Shown: positions 7,923 to 15,943 of the stretch, piece after piece
Position numbering within the stretch: the stretch's first letter is position 1
Layout of the letters: each line of letters begins with the position of its first letter
Source of the DNA: a virus
Reading direction: 5' to 3' (one strand)
IMG/VR virus record: IMGVR_UViG_3300023276_000008
Span: 1-64,000 of that record
Length of the DNA: 64,000 nt
Made by a program: the position numbers and the translations under genes
Notes under the pieces: model-generated
Seen by the model: the letters and a program-made list of their open reading frames with translations, nothing else
Databases searched by the model: none
Told to the model about the DNA's origin: nothing

Positions 7923-7928
7923 GGGCTT

Positions 7929-7956
7929 ACCCTAGCGGATAGGCTCAGATTGTCAA
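7929..7956 (-). promoter_or_regulatory. sigma70-like early promoter
   Basis: TTGACA-N16-TAGGGT, ATG 6 nt downstream. Confidence 0.6.
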
Positions 7957-7975
7957 CGAGAAACTTTGTCTAAAT

Positions 7976-8050
7976 TGGGTGATCGACGGGATTCGAACCC
8001 GCGCAGACAAATTTCACAAATTTGGGCACTACCACTATGCTACGATCAAC
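7976..8050 (-). tRNA. tRNA-His(GTG)
   Basis: G-1, CAAAT-TTGTGAA-ATTTG, GGGTTCGAATCCC; acceptor end slightly irregular. Confidence 0.88.
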
Positions 8051-8076
8051 ATTTAAGTTTATACATCTTCATGTAT

Positions 8077-8150
8077 TGGAGTTTATAGAGAGAATCGAAC
8101 TCTCGTACCTAACATACCAAGCTAGTGTTCTACCATTGAACTATATAAAC
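8077..8150 (-). tRNA. tRNA-Thr(GGT)
   Basis: GTTTATA/TATAAAC acceptor, CTAGC-TTGGTAT-GTTAG, GAGAG-TTCGATT-CTCTC, CCA. Confidence 0.88.
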
Positions 8151-8155
8151 TTTGT

Positions 8156-8230
8156 TGGTTGGAAGTATGGGTAACGATCCCATCTATGCAATTTTTCAGA
8201 CTGCCACTAATCCATCTCAGTTAACTTCCA
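8156..8230 (-). tRNA. tRNA-Phe(GAA)
   Basis: TGGAAGT/ACTTCCA acceptor, GCAGT-CTGAAAA-ATTGC, T loop ATCGTTA, CCA. Confidence 0.88.
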
Positions 8231-8317
8231 ATTGGTGCGTTTATACATCGCCATGTATGTATAAGAGGAATGGTTAGATTTTTAAACGCACCCTCAAGGA
8301 TTGTCCATTCATTATAT

Positions 8318-8391
8318 TGGTCGGTGATGTCAGATTCGAACTGCATCTCAAGCTCCCAAAGCCCACGTGTTACCATTACACCACACCTCCG
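8318..8391 (-). tRNA. tRNA-Pro(TGG), irregular acceptor/T stem
   Basis: C1-G72, A73, TGGGC-TTTGGGA-GCTTG, T loop TTCGAAT, CCA. Confidence 0.85.
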
Positions 8392-9009
8392 TTATTTATA
8401 ACCCTTTCTATGTTGAAAGAGTCCTCTATTATTTCTATTATCAATTATATGTAAATTTTTACCACCCTTGTCCCCAATTTTATTTTTTCTTCTATATTCA
8501 GACGACTCACATTCACGAATTATACGCTCTTGTTGGCGACCTGTCAACTTTATATTTTCTAAATCTTTATACCAAATGTTACTTTTGGTGAATCCAGATA
8601 TTTTCTTCATTACAAATATCTGTGAATTTTTAATTCTATTTATAAGATTGTTTGGAATATGATGTTTAGTTCTCAGCCAAGAAGCATATTCTTTATATAC
8701 TTCGTCATCCAATATACCTTTTGTTATGGTCTTTATCAGATCAACGTCTCCATCTTTTGGAATATATTTATCGTCTATCGCCTTATGTATAAGGTTATGA
8801 CATTCTCTACACACTGGCAGTAAATCCGTCACCTTAATATCCACTAAATTTCTATATACCATATGATGCACATCTGTAGCTTTATCTCCACAACATTCAC
8901 AAACACAATGTAAATTCATTACCTGATTTCTTAAGGCTTTCCATTCATCACTTCTAAGATATTCTGTTCTATATTCATGTCTATTATACTTTACTTTATA
9001 TTCACTCAT
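8392..9009 (-). CDS. HNH endonuclease
   Basis: CECCG...DVHH..Y...LLPVCRECHNLIH; start may extend to 9033. Confidence 0.85.
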   Translation of the reverse strand: MSEYKVKYNRHEYRTEYLRSDEWKALRNQVMNLHCVCECCGDKATDVHHMVYRNLVDIKVTDLLPVCRECHNLIHKAIDDKYIPKDGDVDLIKTITKGILDDEVYKEYASWLRTKHHIPNNLINRIKNSQIFVMKKISGFTKSNIWYKDLENIKLTGRQQERIIRECESSEYRRKNKIGDKGGKNLHIIDNRNNRGLFQHRKGYK

Positions 9010-9138
9010 AATATTTTCTTCTATTAATTGCATACGTCACTCCTTGGCGTACCTGTTGCACAGTTTATATGATTTTAGCTCATATAAGCCTTCATATGTA
9101 TAGGTTTATCTCAACCACACAATCTAATTTTAGTCAAT

Positions 9139-9173
9139 AAAAAAGCTCCTTATCTTTCGAATAAGGAGCTTCT
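9139..9173 (-). terminator. intrinsic terminator (attenuator) upstream of tRNA array
   Basis: AAGCTCCTTAT-TCGAAAG-ATAAGGAGCTT with U6 tract. Confidence 0.9.
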
Positions 9174-9202
9174 TCATATGAAACAATCAAAACACTATTG
9201 AC

Positions 9203-9301
9203 TCATTCATCCACAGAAGCTCCTGTGAAACCATTAATATCTCCTAAGAGCGTATTGGGTTCCACGGCTTTATTCGCCTCAAATGTATGCACTGTTGTCA
9301 T
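9203..9301 (-). CDS. candidate attenuator leader peptide (32 aa)
   Basis: MTTVHTFEANKAVEPNTLLGDINGFTGASVDE; AAGGG 7 nt upstream; codons 26-29 complementary to terminator 5' arm. Confidence 0.65.
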   Translation of the reverse strand: MTTVHTFEANKAVEPNTLLGDINGFTGASVDE

Positions 9302-9312
9302 TGTCTTGCCCT

Positions 9313-9341
9313 TATTTATACTTTATTGTACTAAAAGTCAA
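9313..9341 (-). promoter_or_regulatory. promoter of tRNA-array leader
   Basis: TTGACT-N17-TAAATA; also a full T4-type late box TATAAATA. Confidence 0.7.
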
Positions 9342-9354
9342 ATTAAATCTTCAA

Positions 9355-9612
9355 TTATTTAAAATTATTATGTCTTCGACGCTTTTTTCTCTGAATTTTA
9401 TCTATTACACTAGCTACTAGATATAGGATTCCTCCTCCAATGGCTACTATAACAAATAAACCAAATATAATTGCTAATGGAATCCACATGGGTGACACCA
9501 CCCACCACCAACTCCATTCAATCACACTACATAGTTTAAGTGTGATGAATACGATTGTTAATAGACCGCAGAAACCTGCATTACCTGAACTTACTTGTGC
9601 ATTTTTGCTCAT
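9355..9612 (-). CDS. phage membrane protein
   Basis: hydrophobic, WSWWWVVSPMW motif, basic tail. Confidence 0.8.
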   Translation of the reverse strand: MSKNAQVSSGNAGFCGLLTIVFITLKLCSVIEWSWWWVVSPMWIPLAIIFGLFVIVAIGGGILYLVASVIDKIQRKKRRRHNNFK

Positions 9613-9628
9613 AATTTTATATTTGTTA

Positions 9629-10156
9629 TTACCACGTTTTATCTAAATTTTGCATATCTTTCAAGTGGTCGAAAGCATACATGTCTTCATACTGGCTTGC
9701 AACATCGACTAAGAGTATTTCCTTAACCTCTCCATCATTAACAATCTTATTTGCATAAGTTGTCAGTTGACTGATAAGATTCTTAATCATTTGAGTTGTC
9801 ATTTCCAACTTCAAGTCATAGTGGAACGTAATGTTCTCTCTAAACTTAGTTGGATCATCATCAATATAGCTGAGTTTTAAATCTGCCGTATTGAGGATAT
9901 TGATACTGGTTTCTTCATAAACCTCTCGAATTGCTGCCTCAAGCACTGTCTCATTCCAATCTACATAACCACAAGGGAAACATAATTTATCTTCGTGTGT
10001 CATATCTTCGCCTCGACGTAGTACAACATATCGTTTATTACCAGTTTCAATATTCTTGATTCCAATATGTACTGCTGCTGCCACTGATCGACTTAGGTAT
10101 ACTGTACGACCATCAGCAGTTTCAACACACTCGTTATCTTTATTTTTAAATTTCAT
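9629..10156 (-). CDS. Nudix hydrolase (ADP-ribose pyrophosphatase-like)
   Basis: Nudix box PCGYVDWNETVLEAAIREVYEETS. Confidence 0.9.
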   Translation of the reverse strand: MKFKNKDNECVETADGRTVYLSRSVAAAVHIGIKNIETGNKRYVVLRRGEDMTHEDKLCFPCGYVDWNETVLEAAIREVYEETSINILNTADLKLSYIDDDPTKFRENITFHYDLKLEMTTQMIKNLISQLTTYANKIVNDGEVKEILLVDVASQYEDMYAFDHLKDMQNLDKTW

Positions 10157-10161
10157 ATTTA

Positions 10162-11376
10162 TTAGTCTTCAAATTCGTTGATAGGACATTCGCTCTTGAA
10201 CACCATGAATAGTGTCTTTACGACAGAACCAATTGCGCTAAAGATGAATTCAAATGGTGTGAATATTTTAGTTCCAACTTTATTAAGTTTTGGTCCGACT
10301 TTATCATCAGGATCGATGAAGTTACACCATACAAATGCAACCAACCCACCTGCTAATACTACTCCAATACATCCTAAAATAAGCTTCCACGTAAAGTCTA
10401 GGAATGAGAAGATCCATGATCCAAACCAAGTACCTACTGCGCCAACATTTGTGAAGAATTGAATAAGTCCTATAATGATACCCAGTAATACTGTTACTAC
10501 ACCTACATTAAGAATTACTTTTGATATTGTTTGTCCCACCTTAGTAGTAATCATGCAAATCTTCTCAATACGCTTCCTCCTTGCATCATCCTTTACAAGA
10601 TCCAACATCACTTGTTTAATAATAGGATTATCTTCCTTATTAGGAACTTCGATATTTTTAAATGTTTCTTTCCAAGTATCTGCATTCTTACATATGAAAA
10701 TTCGCATGTATAGATGCATGATTGTGCTTGATGTGAGAGGATCAGACTGTATCATTGAAAACATTCTTTTGATATGTTCAAGCTCGTAAGAATATGCTCT
10801 TATAGATCCATTCTTAGCATTTTCTCTAATTGCATTAGGAAACTTAAATTCTCCATCTTCAAATGGTAGTGTGTGTTTCAAACACCTTCCATATATTCCT
10901 ATTCCAATTGTATCACTATCAAAATCCTTCCACCGATCAAATGATTCATTAAAATCACCACAATCATTCCACCAATATTTCTTCAGGTCATATGTAGTGA
11001 TATCTGTTTCATTGAAGAACTTTTCAATTGCATCAATTGCTTCAAGCTGTGTCATACCCTTTACTCGTTTCTTTGATGCTAGATCGGATACTTTGATTTT
11101 CTCTCCAAGATATTTGATAGGCTTAATAACATTCTTGATAGTGAATGTAAGAGGAAGTAATAGAATTGAAGCTGTGCTAACCATTGCCCAAGGACAACCA
11201 TTATTTCTTACAAAGGCTGGAACATTATCAATGTCGCCAAATGTATAAACCATTGAACGATATGCTGCTGAACTTCTCTTAGTTCGCATACCCCAAGGTC
11301 TAGGTGCAGTTTTGTCTTTAATTTCTGCCCCATAAACTTTTTTAAGTGGCTTAGTAACTAGTGATAATAGATTCAT
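10162..11376 (-). CDS. membrane protein
   Basis: 404 aa, C-terminal TM helices. Confidence 0.75.
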   Translation of the reverse strand: MNLLSLVTKPLKKVYGAEIKDKTAPRPWGMRTKRSSAAYRSMVYTFGDIDNVPAFVRNNGCPWAMVSTASILLLPLTFTIKNVIKPIKYLGEKIKVSDLASKKRVKGMTQLEAIDAIEKFFNETDITTYDLKKYWWNDCGDFNESFDRWKDFDSDTIGIGIYGRCLKHTLPFEDGEFKFPNAIRENAKNGSIRAYSYELEHIKRMFSMIQSDPLTSSTIMHLYMRIFICKNADTWKETFKNIEVPNKEDNPIIKQVMLDLVKDDARRKRIEKICMITTKVGQTISKVILNVGVVTVLLGIIIGLIQFFTNVGAVGTWFGSWIFSFLDFTWKLILGCIGVVLAGGLVAFVWCNFIDPDDKVGPKLNKVGTKIFTPFEFIFSAIGSVVKTLFMVFKSECPINEFED

Positions 11377-11951
11377 TTAATTTTATTTTTATTGTTGTTG
11401 TATATCTCCTCTACTGAGGGGTGGTTGTAATTTCCACTCTCTGCTTTCTCTCTGCGGAGTTGTGATGACGAAAGATTGCCATATTGTTCGGGGATGGTCA
11501 AGCTAAAACTTGCCTTATGTAGCAAATTAGGTTCAATCAGTAAATTATCCCTATAGCCTTCCCTTGCGAAAACAAGGAATTTGACTGGAATTAGAGAAAA
11601 GTCTCTGAAATCGTCCACGAAGCTATCGCCCCACTTTTGCCATACGTCACTACCAACTACGAATGTAATGCTGTCATACCCATCTGAGGCGTATTTAATG
11701 GCTTTATCTAGGTATTTGGGTGCAGTGTTTAAATGCACTGCAAAGGGTAACATACCAACACTATGTTTAATAGCCGCAATACGCTCTTTAAGGTCTTCTT
11801 TCTTGATTTTACCCTTAATAGGGTGTTCAGTTGATACTTCAAAAACTATGAGTTTTGCATCAGTGGCAATGAACGCCATATTAGCTACAAAATAGTGACC
11901 TACATGAAATGGGTCAAAACTTCCTGAATATAGTACGATGCTATTTTTCAT
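11373..11951 (-). CDS. NMN/NaMN adenylyltransferase-like (NadD family)
   Basis: SGSFDPFHVGH (HxGH), FVVGSD, LSSSQLR. Confidence 0.85.
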   Translation of the reverse strand: MKNSIVLYSGSFDPFHVGHYFVANMAFIATDAKLIVFEVSTEHPIKGKIKKEDLKERIAAIKHSVGMLPFAVHLNTAPKYLDKAIKYASDGYDSITFVVGSDVWQKWGDSFVDDFRDFSLIPVKFLVFAREGYRDNLLIEPNLLHKASFSLTIPEQYGNLSSSQLRREKAESGNYNHPSVEEIYNNNKNKIK

Positions 11952-12391
11952 TTTTTGAGTAATTTAGCTACATGATCCGCAATCAATGATTCATCAAGTG
12001 TTCTTGATGTATATGTTAGTTCGTCAGTGTCTATATTGACCTTCACTGGATCATAGTCCTTTGTCAAGTCTATATATCCAATGACATATCTATTCAATCT
12101 CCCCTTTCTCTGATTTGTTACGAATGTGGAAGCTGTGACTACAATAACTCTAAGGTCATCTTCACGCGCCTCTTCGTTATATGATACTCCTGCATGTATT
12201 AACGCGCCTTTAACCATAGCATAGGAAACATATTTGATGTTCTCCTCTGTAGGATCAAACCCTAGAAAATTGTCAATGGATTCCCTACTATACAGTATGT
12301 TGATTGAATCAAGATAATTTGATGACCCTTCACCCATAACAGCTTTGGGAACTTCTGATCCACACCCCATTGTTATAATTTTATTTTTCAT
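11948..12391 (-). CDS. CinA/PncC-like domain protein
   Basis: MGCGS...EGSSNYL...YSRE..NFLG...VS..M...TAS, resembling CinA-C/PncC fold motifs. Confidence 0.6.
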   Translation of the reverse strand: MKNKIITMGCGSEVPKAVMGEGSSNYLDSINILYSRESIDNFLGFDPTEENIKYVSYAMVKGALIHAGVSYNEEAREDDLRVIVVTASTFVTNQRKGRLNRYVIGYIDLTKDYDPVKVNIDTDELTYTSRTLDESLIADHVAKLLKK

Positions 12392-12662
12392 CGTATGGGG
12401 GTGGAGTCAACGTATATCCTTCCTTTATTTGGACAACCTGTAGTGTGAGATATGAATCACATAGATATGCATATTCAAATAATAACATATCAAAGCAATA
12501 TAGTAATAACTGATTCATATCTTCTTCATCAAGGGCAATTTTTTGTGCTGGGATTTTTATTACAGAATCCTTCACTCTATGATATATAGAACATTCTTTT
12601 AAGAGGTCTAGATCTACATAACCTACTTGTAGGTTCAATTCATTGTCGATAAGTAATTTCAT
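12381..12662 (-). CDS. hypothetical protein
   Basis: start moved to MKLLID. Confidence 0.6.
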   Translation of the reverse strand: MKLLIDNELNLQVGYVDLDLLKECSIYHRVKDSVIKIPAQKIALDEEDMNQLLLYCFDMLLFEYAYLCDSYLTLQVVQIKEGYTLTPPPYDEK

Positions 12663-12666
12663 AATA

Positions 12667-13116
12667 TTATAATTTTGGGGGTTCCTCTTCTTCAAGACAT
12701 TTACACGCAAAATAGTTTAATAGGTCGTGCCAATCTGTTTCTGGAAAGAATCCAGCTTTATCATCCAATATGACATTGGCATACATCTTTGTATCAAAGT
12801 CGCCCCATTGCACTTTACCTGCTACTTCTGGATTTTCGTTAATGTAGTCAAAGTGAATACCATCCTTCTTAAAGAATTCATTGTATATCTCTCTATCTTC
12901 TTTAGTTGAACATGTCCACATAATGAGAACTACATCTTCTCTCTTAGAGAGGTGTTGTAACACTGTTGGGGCTAGAGGATAATACTCATTGGCTATACCA
13001 TCATAATTAGGTAGGAGGATGGTATTATGTACATCGACTACCACATAAATCTTGTCCCATTTTCTATCCTTCATTGTCTGGAAGGCAGTTTCGAAAGTTT
13101 TTACTATTCTGTTCAT
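12667..13116 (-). CDS. HAD-superfamily hydrolase
   Basis: VVVDVHNTI, WTCS, DYINENP, ILDDKAG. Confidence 0.75.
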   Translation of the reverse strand: MNRIVKTFETAFQTMKDRKWDKIYVVVDVHNTILLPNYDGIANEYYPLAPTVLQHLSKREDVVLIMWTCSTKEDREIYNEFFKKDGIHFDYINENPEVAGKVQWGDFDTKMYANVILDDKAGFFPETDWHDLLNYFACKCLEEEEPPKL

Positions 13117-13122
13117 CTTTAT

Positions 13123-13401
13123 CTATTTTGTAATGTAAATGTAAATTTTATAATCAATCATGTGCTTTTCGTGTGCTTTTCCCATCTTACGGACTATTTT
13201 AATTACTGTATATTCAGAGTTTAAGGATTCATACTTTTCTAGCTTTGATGACATATTATATGTATCGTCATACCACAATAAAGTGTCTCCTACATTTGGT
13301 ACATGAAATGGTTCTCCACCAAATGACATTTTCTGTTCCCAAATCTTAGTTGGTTCTTCATCACTATCAATGTTGTATAGATATATTCCTTTGCAGCTCA
13401 T
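13123..13401 (-). CDS. hypothetical protein
   Basis: 92 aa ORF behind own promoter. Confidence 0.7.
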   Translation of the reverse strand: MSCKGIYLYNIDSDEEPTKIWEQKMSFGGEPFHVPNVGDTLLWYDDTYNMSSKLEKYESLNSEYTVIKIVRKMGKAHEKHMIDYKIYIYITK

Positions 13402-13420
13402 GATCGGTTGGTTTGTCGTT

Positions 13421-13456
13421 AGGGGGCTACTCTACCAAGAATAACCCCCTTGTCAA
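13421..13456 (-). promoter_or_regulatory. early promoter with overlapping inverted repeat
   Basis: TTGACA-N16-TAGAGT; AGGGGGTTA/TAGCCCCCT stem. Confidence 0.7.
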
Positions 13457-13497
13457 CGTCTTTTTTTGCTCTATTTCGAGTTTTTTTTTTCGAATAT

Positions 13498-14463
13498 CTA
13501 TATCTTGAGAAATTTTTGCATTTTTCTTTTCCAGTTTTTATCATCATATCTTATCTCCAAAAGAGGTATGTTATTTTCCTCACAAAAATCTCTCTTAATT
13601 TGATCTTTTTTCTGCCTACCCAATAAAGCATCTTCGCCGCCAAAATGATCTATTGATATATAATGTTGAATTCCTTGAAATTCTATCAATTTATTATTGA
13701 TGAAGAAATCAAATTTTAGAGATCTTTTATCTATACAACCATCAAAAGTTTTTTGTTCTTCAAATATCATACCACATTCATTAAAATAATTTCTGATTTT
13801 TTTCTCCCCTTTAGAAGATCTACACTTAGGGCAACCTCCACCATTTAAGTGTAATTGAGGGGTTTGTGCAAATTCTCCATGTTTTGTGCATTCTATTTTA
13901 ACCTTTTCTTTAATTTTTTTATAGTCTACTTGATTGTACTCATATAAATCGCCATGAACACATTTTGCCTTTTCTAGAAACCAATTAGTATCCTTAGTCT
14001 TCGATTTAAATCTCTTTTCTTGTCCACATATATAACACCCCTTGCCCCGAATATGTTCAATTCCTTTCTGCATAAATTCCCCATGCACAGGACATGTTAT
14101 TACTATATGATCTGATGTTCCTGTGTATGAATCTCTATCATATACATAATAATCTCCATGAGTGTGTAAAGCTTTCTCTTCAAATTCATCAAAAGAAATT
14201 GTATTTTTTATAGAAGCTCTATGCCTCGAACATTTTTTACAGCCCCGACCCATTAAATGAGAATTAGGTATTTGTAAAAATGCCCCATGAAGAGGGCATA
14301 CTATTTCCACTTTTTGTTTACTTTTTTCATACACAACCCTCGAATAATCGAATGTGTTGCCATGGACTTCTATAGCCTTTAATATAAACTCCTCGGTGGT
14401 TAATGTCTTAAATAATCCATCTGAGGAGTTTATATTTTTTGATTGCGAATCTCTCTGTGTCAT
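13498..14463 (-). CDS. freestanding homing endonuclease (DUF723-like Zn repeats plus PD-(D/E)XK domain)
   Basis: three CPxHGxF.Q...H..G.GC repeats; SKGE, KFDFF, IEFQGIQHY. Confidence 0.8.
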   Translation of the reverse strand: MTQRDSQSKNINSSDGLFKTLTTEEFILKAIEVHGNTFDYSRVVYEKSKQKVEIVCPLHGAFLQIPNSHLMGRGCKKCSRHRASIKNTISFDEFEEKALHTHGDYYVYDRDSYTGTSDHIVITCPVHGEFMQKGIEHIRGKGCYICGQEKRFKSKTKDTNWFLEKAKCVHGDLYEYNQVDYKKIKEKVKIECTKHGEFAQTPQLHLNGGGCPKCRSSKGEKKIRNYFNECGMIFEEQKTFDGCIDKRSLKFDFFINNKLIEFQGIQHYISIDHFGGEDALLGRQKKDQIKRDFCEENNIPLLEIRYDDKNWKRKMQKFLKI

Positions 14464-14485
14464 GAGAGTATTTAGTATAACACTA

Positions 14486-15916
14486 CTAAATATCCCAAAC
14501 TATTTTCTTTATTTCTTCAAAACTCTGATCTCTCAGAAGAACACCATCCTTATAGACAGGTTCTAGATAATCTCTCTCTGGAGAATCTTCATCTAGTTGG
14601 GGGACAGTTACGAGAATTCCATTTCTTTTAACAGTTGAGAATTTTCCAGATAGACTACGTTTAAATGCCTCTGTGGTTTTCTTCTTAACATCTCTCCACA
14701 CTCCAAAGAATTTTTGGCAACTAGCTTTGAACGCAGTTGCCAATACATCTCTATGGAAATCACGTTGAAGTAATCCACCCCCCATACCAACTAACATATT
14801 CTCAGCACTCCATCCATTATCAATGAGTGTTTGATACACTTCCGTAATGTCATTTTGTGTTAATGAATCTCCATAAATGGCTCCGATACATGGATGCAGT
14901 ACATTATACCCTTTATCATTTTGGGTAAACCCGAATATTTCGCCAAGTTCTTCTACAAGCCACAAACATTGCTTTGCTGGGGTATCCCCTTCAAATCTTT
15001 TTGAATCTGGTCGAATAACAGTCTTATTAACAAGACCTTTTCCATTTTTCCAATGAGCAATAATATCTTCTTTGAGAATTGGTAGTTTATCCATGACAAA
15101 TTGGACAATTCCATTAGTGTCTGCTACAAAGGACTTAATACCATTTGGGTGTTTCTTGAGAATGTTTCTAACATATGATAATTCACCCACACCCTCCCCA
15201 TAAGGGGTACTGACTGCATGTTCAGTGGCTCGAACTGATTTAAGTAAATTGGTCACATCTGCATTATAGTAATTTACTGCATATGGGACTGCCATCATTG
15301 AATCGGATGAAATTGTATTAAGTAATACGCTCATTCCTCCAAGACCAGCTTGTTCCATACATGTAGTGCCCCTCTGTCCAAAATCCACAAGACTATATTG
15401 ATAGAGCCATTCATTATCTGAACTCTCATCCATAAATCCCTTAATACCCTTCACAATCTCATGTGATCTTGTAGCACACTGCATTGTATACCAGCCAGTT
15501 TGAATGACTGTCTCAAGTGCAGACGATAACCATCCATAACCATCTTTCGTGGCTTCCACAGTAACTAAACAAGTTAGTTTTCTTGTTTTACTGCCTTCTG
15601 GAATAGCCTTAATAAGAACTGGGAGTTTGCCTCCCATTTCGTCAATAATCTTCTGCCAAGACTCATGATTAATACATGAATCATCACCAAATGCATGAAT
15701 GGCAAATTCCTTTGCTTCATTGAGCATGGCTTGTGTTACAACAGGAATGAGCCATTTCTTGATGATGCCTTGCAGCCCGAAGAAAATTGATTCTTTGTGT
15801 GTTTCATCACTTCGACACACCATATATGAATAACTATTCTCAAATCCTTCTGGATAGAGACTTTCGTGATCCCATTTATATGCGTCTAGTGTAAAAATTA
15901 AATTATTAGTGATCAT
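14486..15916 (-). CDS. nadV: nicotinamide phosphoribosyltransferase
   Basis: DAYK..H...YP, FFGLQ, DFGQRG, ATEH, IRPDS, GGGLLQ. Confidence 0.92.
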   Translation of the reverse strand: MITNNLIFTLDAYKWDHESLYPEGFENSYSYMVCRSDETHKESIFFGLQGIIKKWLIPVVTQAMLNEAKEFAIHAFGDDSCINHESWQKIIDEMGGKLPVLIKAIPEGSKTRKLTCLVTVEATKDGYGWLSSALETVIQTGWYTMQCATRSHEIVKGIKGFMDESSDNEWLYQYSLVDFGQRGTTCMEQAGLGGMSVLLNTISSDSMMAVPYAVNYYNADVTNLLKSVRATEHAVSTPYGEGVGELSYVRNILKKHPNGIKSFVADTNGIVQFVMDKLPILKEDIIAHWKNGKGLVNKTVIRPDSKRFEGDTPAKQCLWLVEELGEIFGFTQNDKGYNVLHPCIGAIYGDSLTQNDITEVYQTLIDNGWSAENMLVGMGGGLLQRDFHRDVLATAFKASCQKFFGVWRDVKKKTTEAFKRSLSGKFSTVKRNGILVTVPQLDEDSPERDYLEPVYKDGVLLRDQSFEEIKKIVWDI

Positions 15917-15943
15917 ATTATAGTATTTTGTTAAAGTTCTTAG

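Noticed and set aside
9108-9137. Promoter right after the attenuator terminator (TTGACT)
   Set aside because: No acceptable -10 at 16-18 nt; if active it would weaken the attenuator model
9240-9290. T-box riboswitch (GTGGAACC resembles the T-box motif)
   Set aside because: No room for stem I between promoter and motif and no T-box antiterminator pairing; the leader-ORF model fits better
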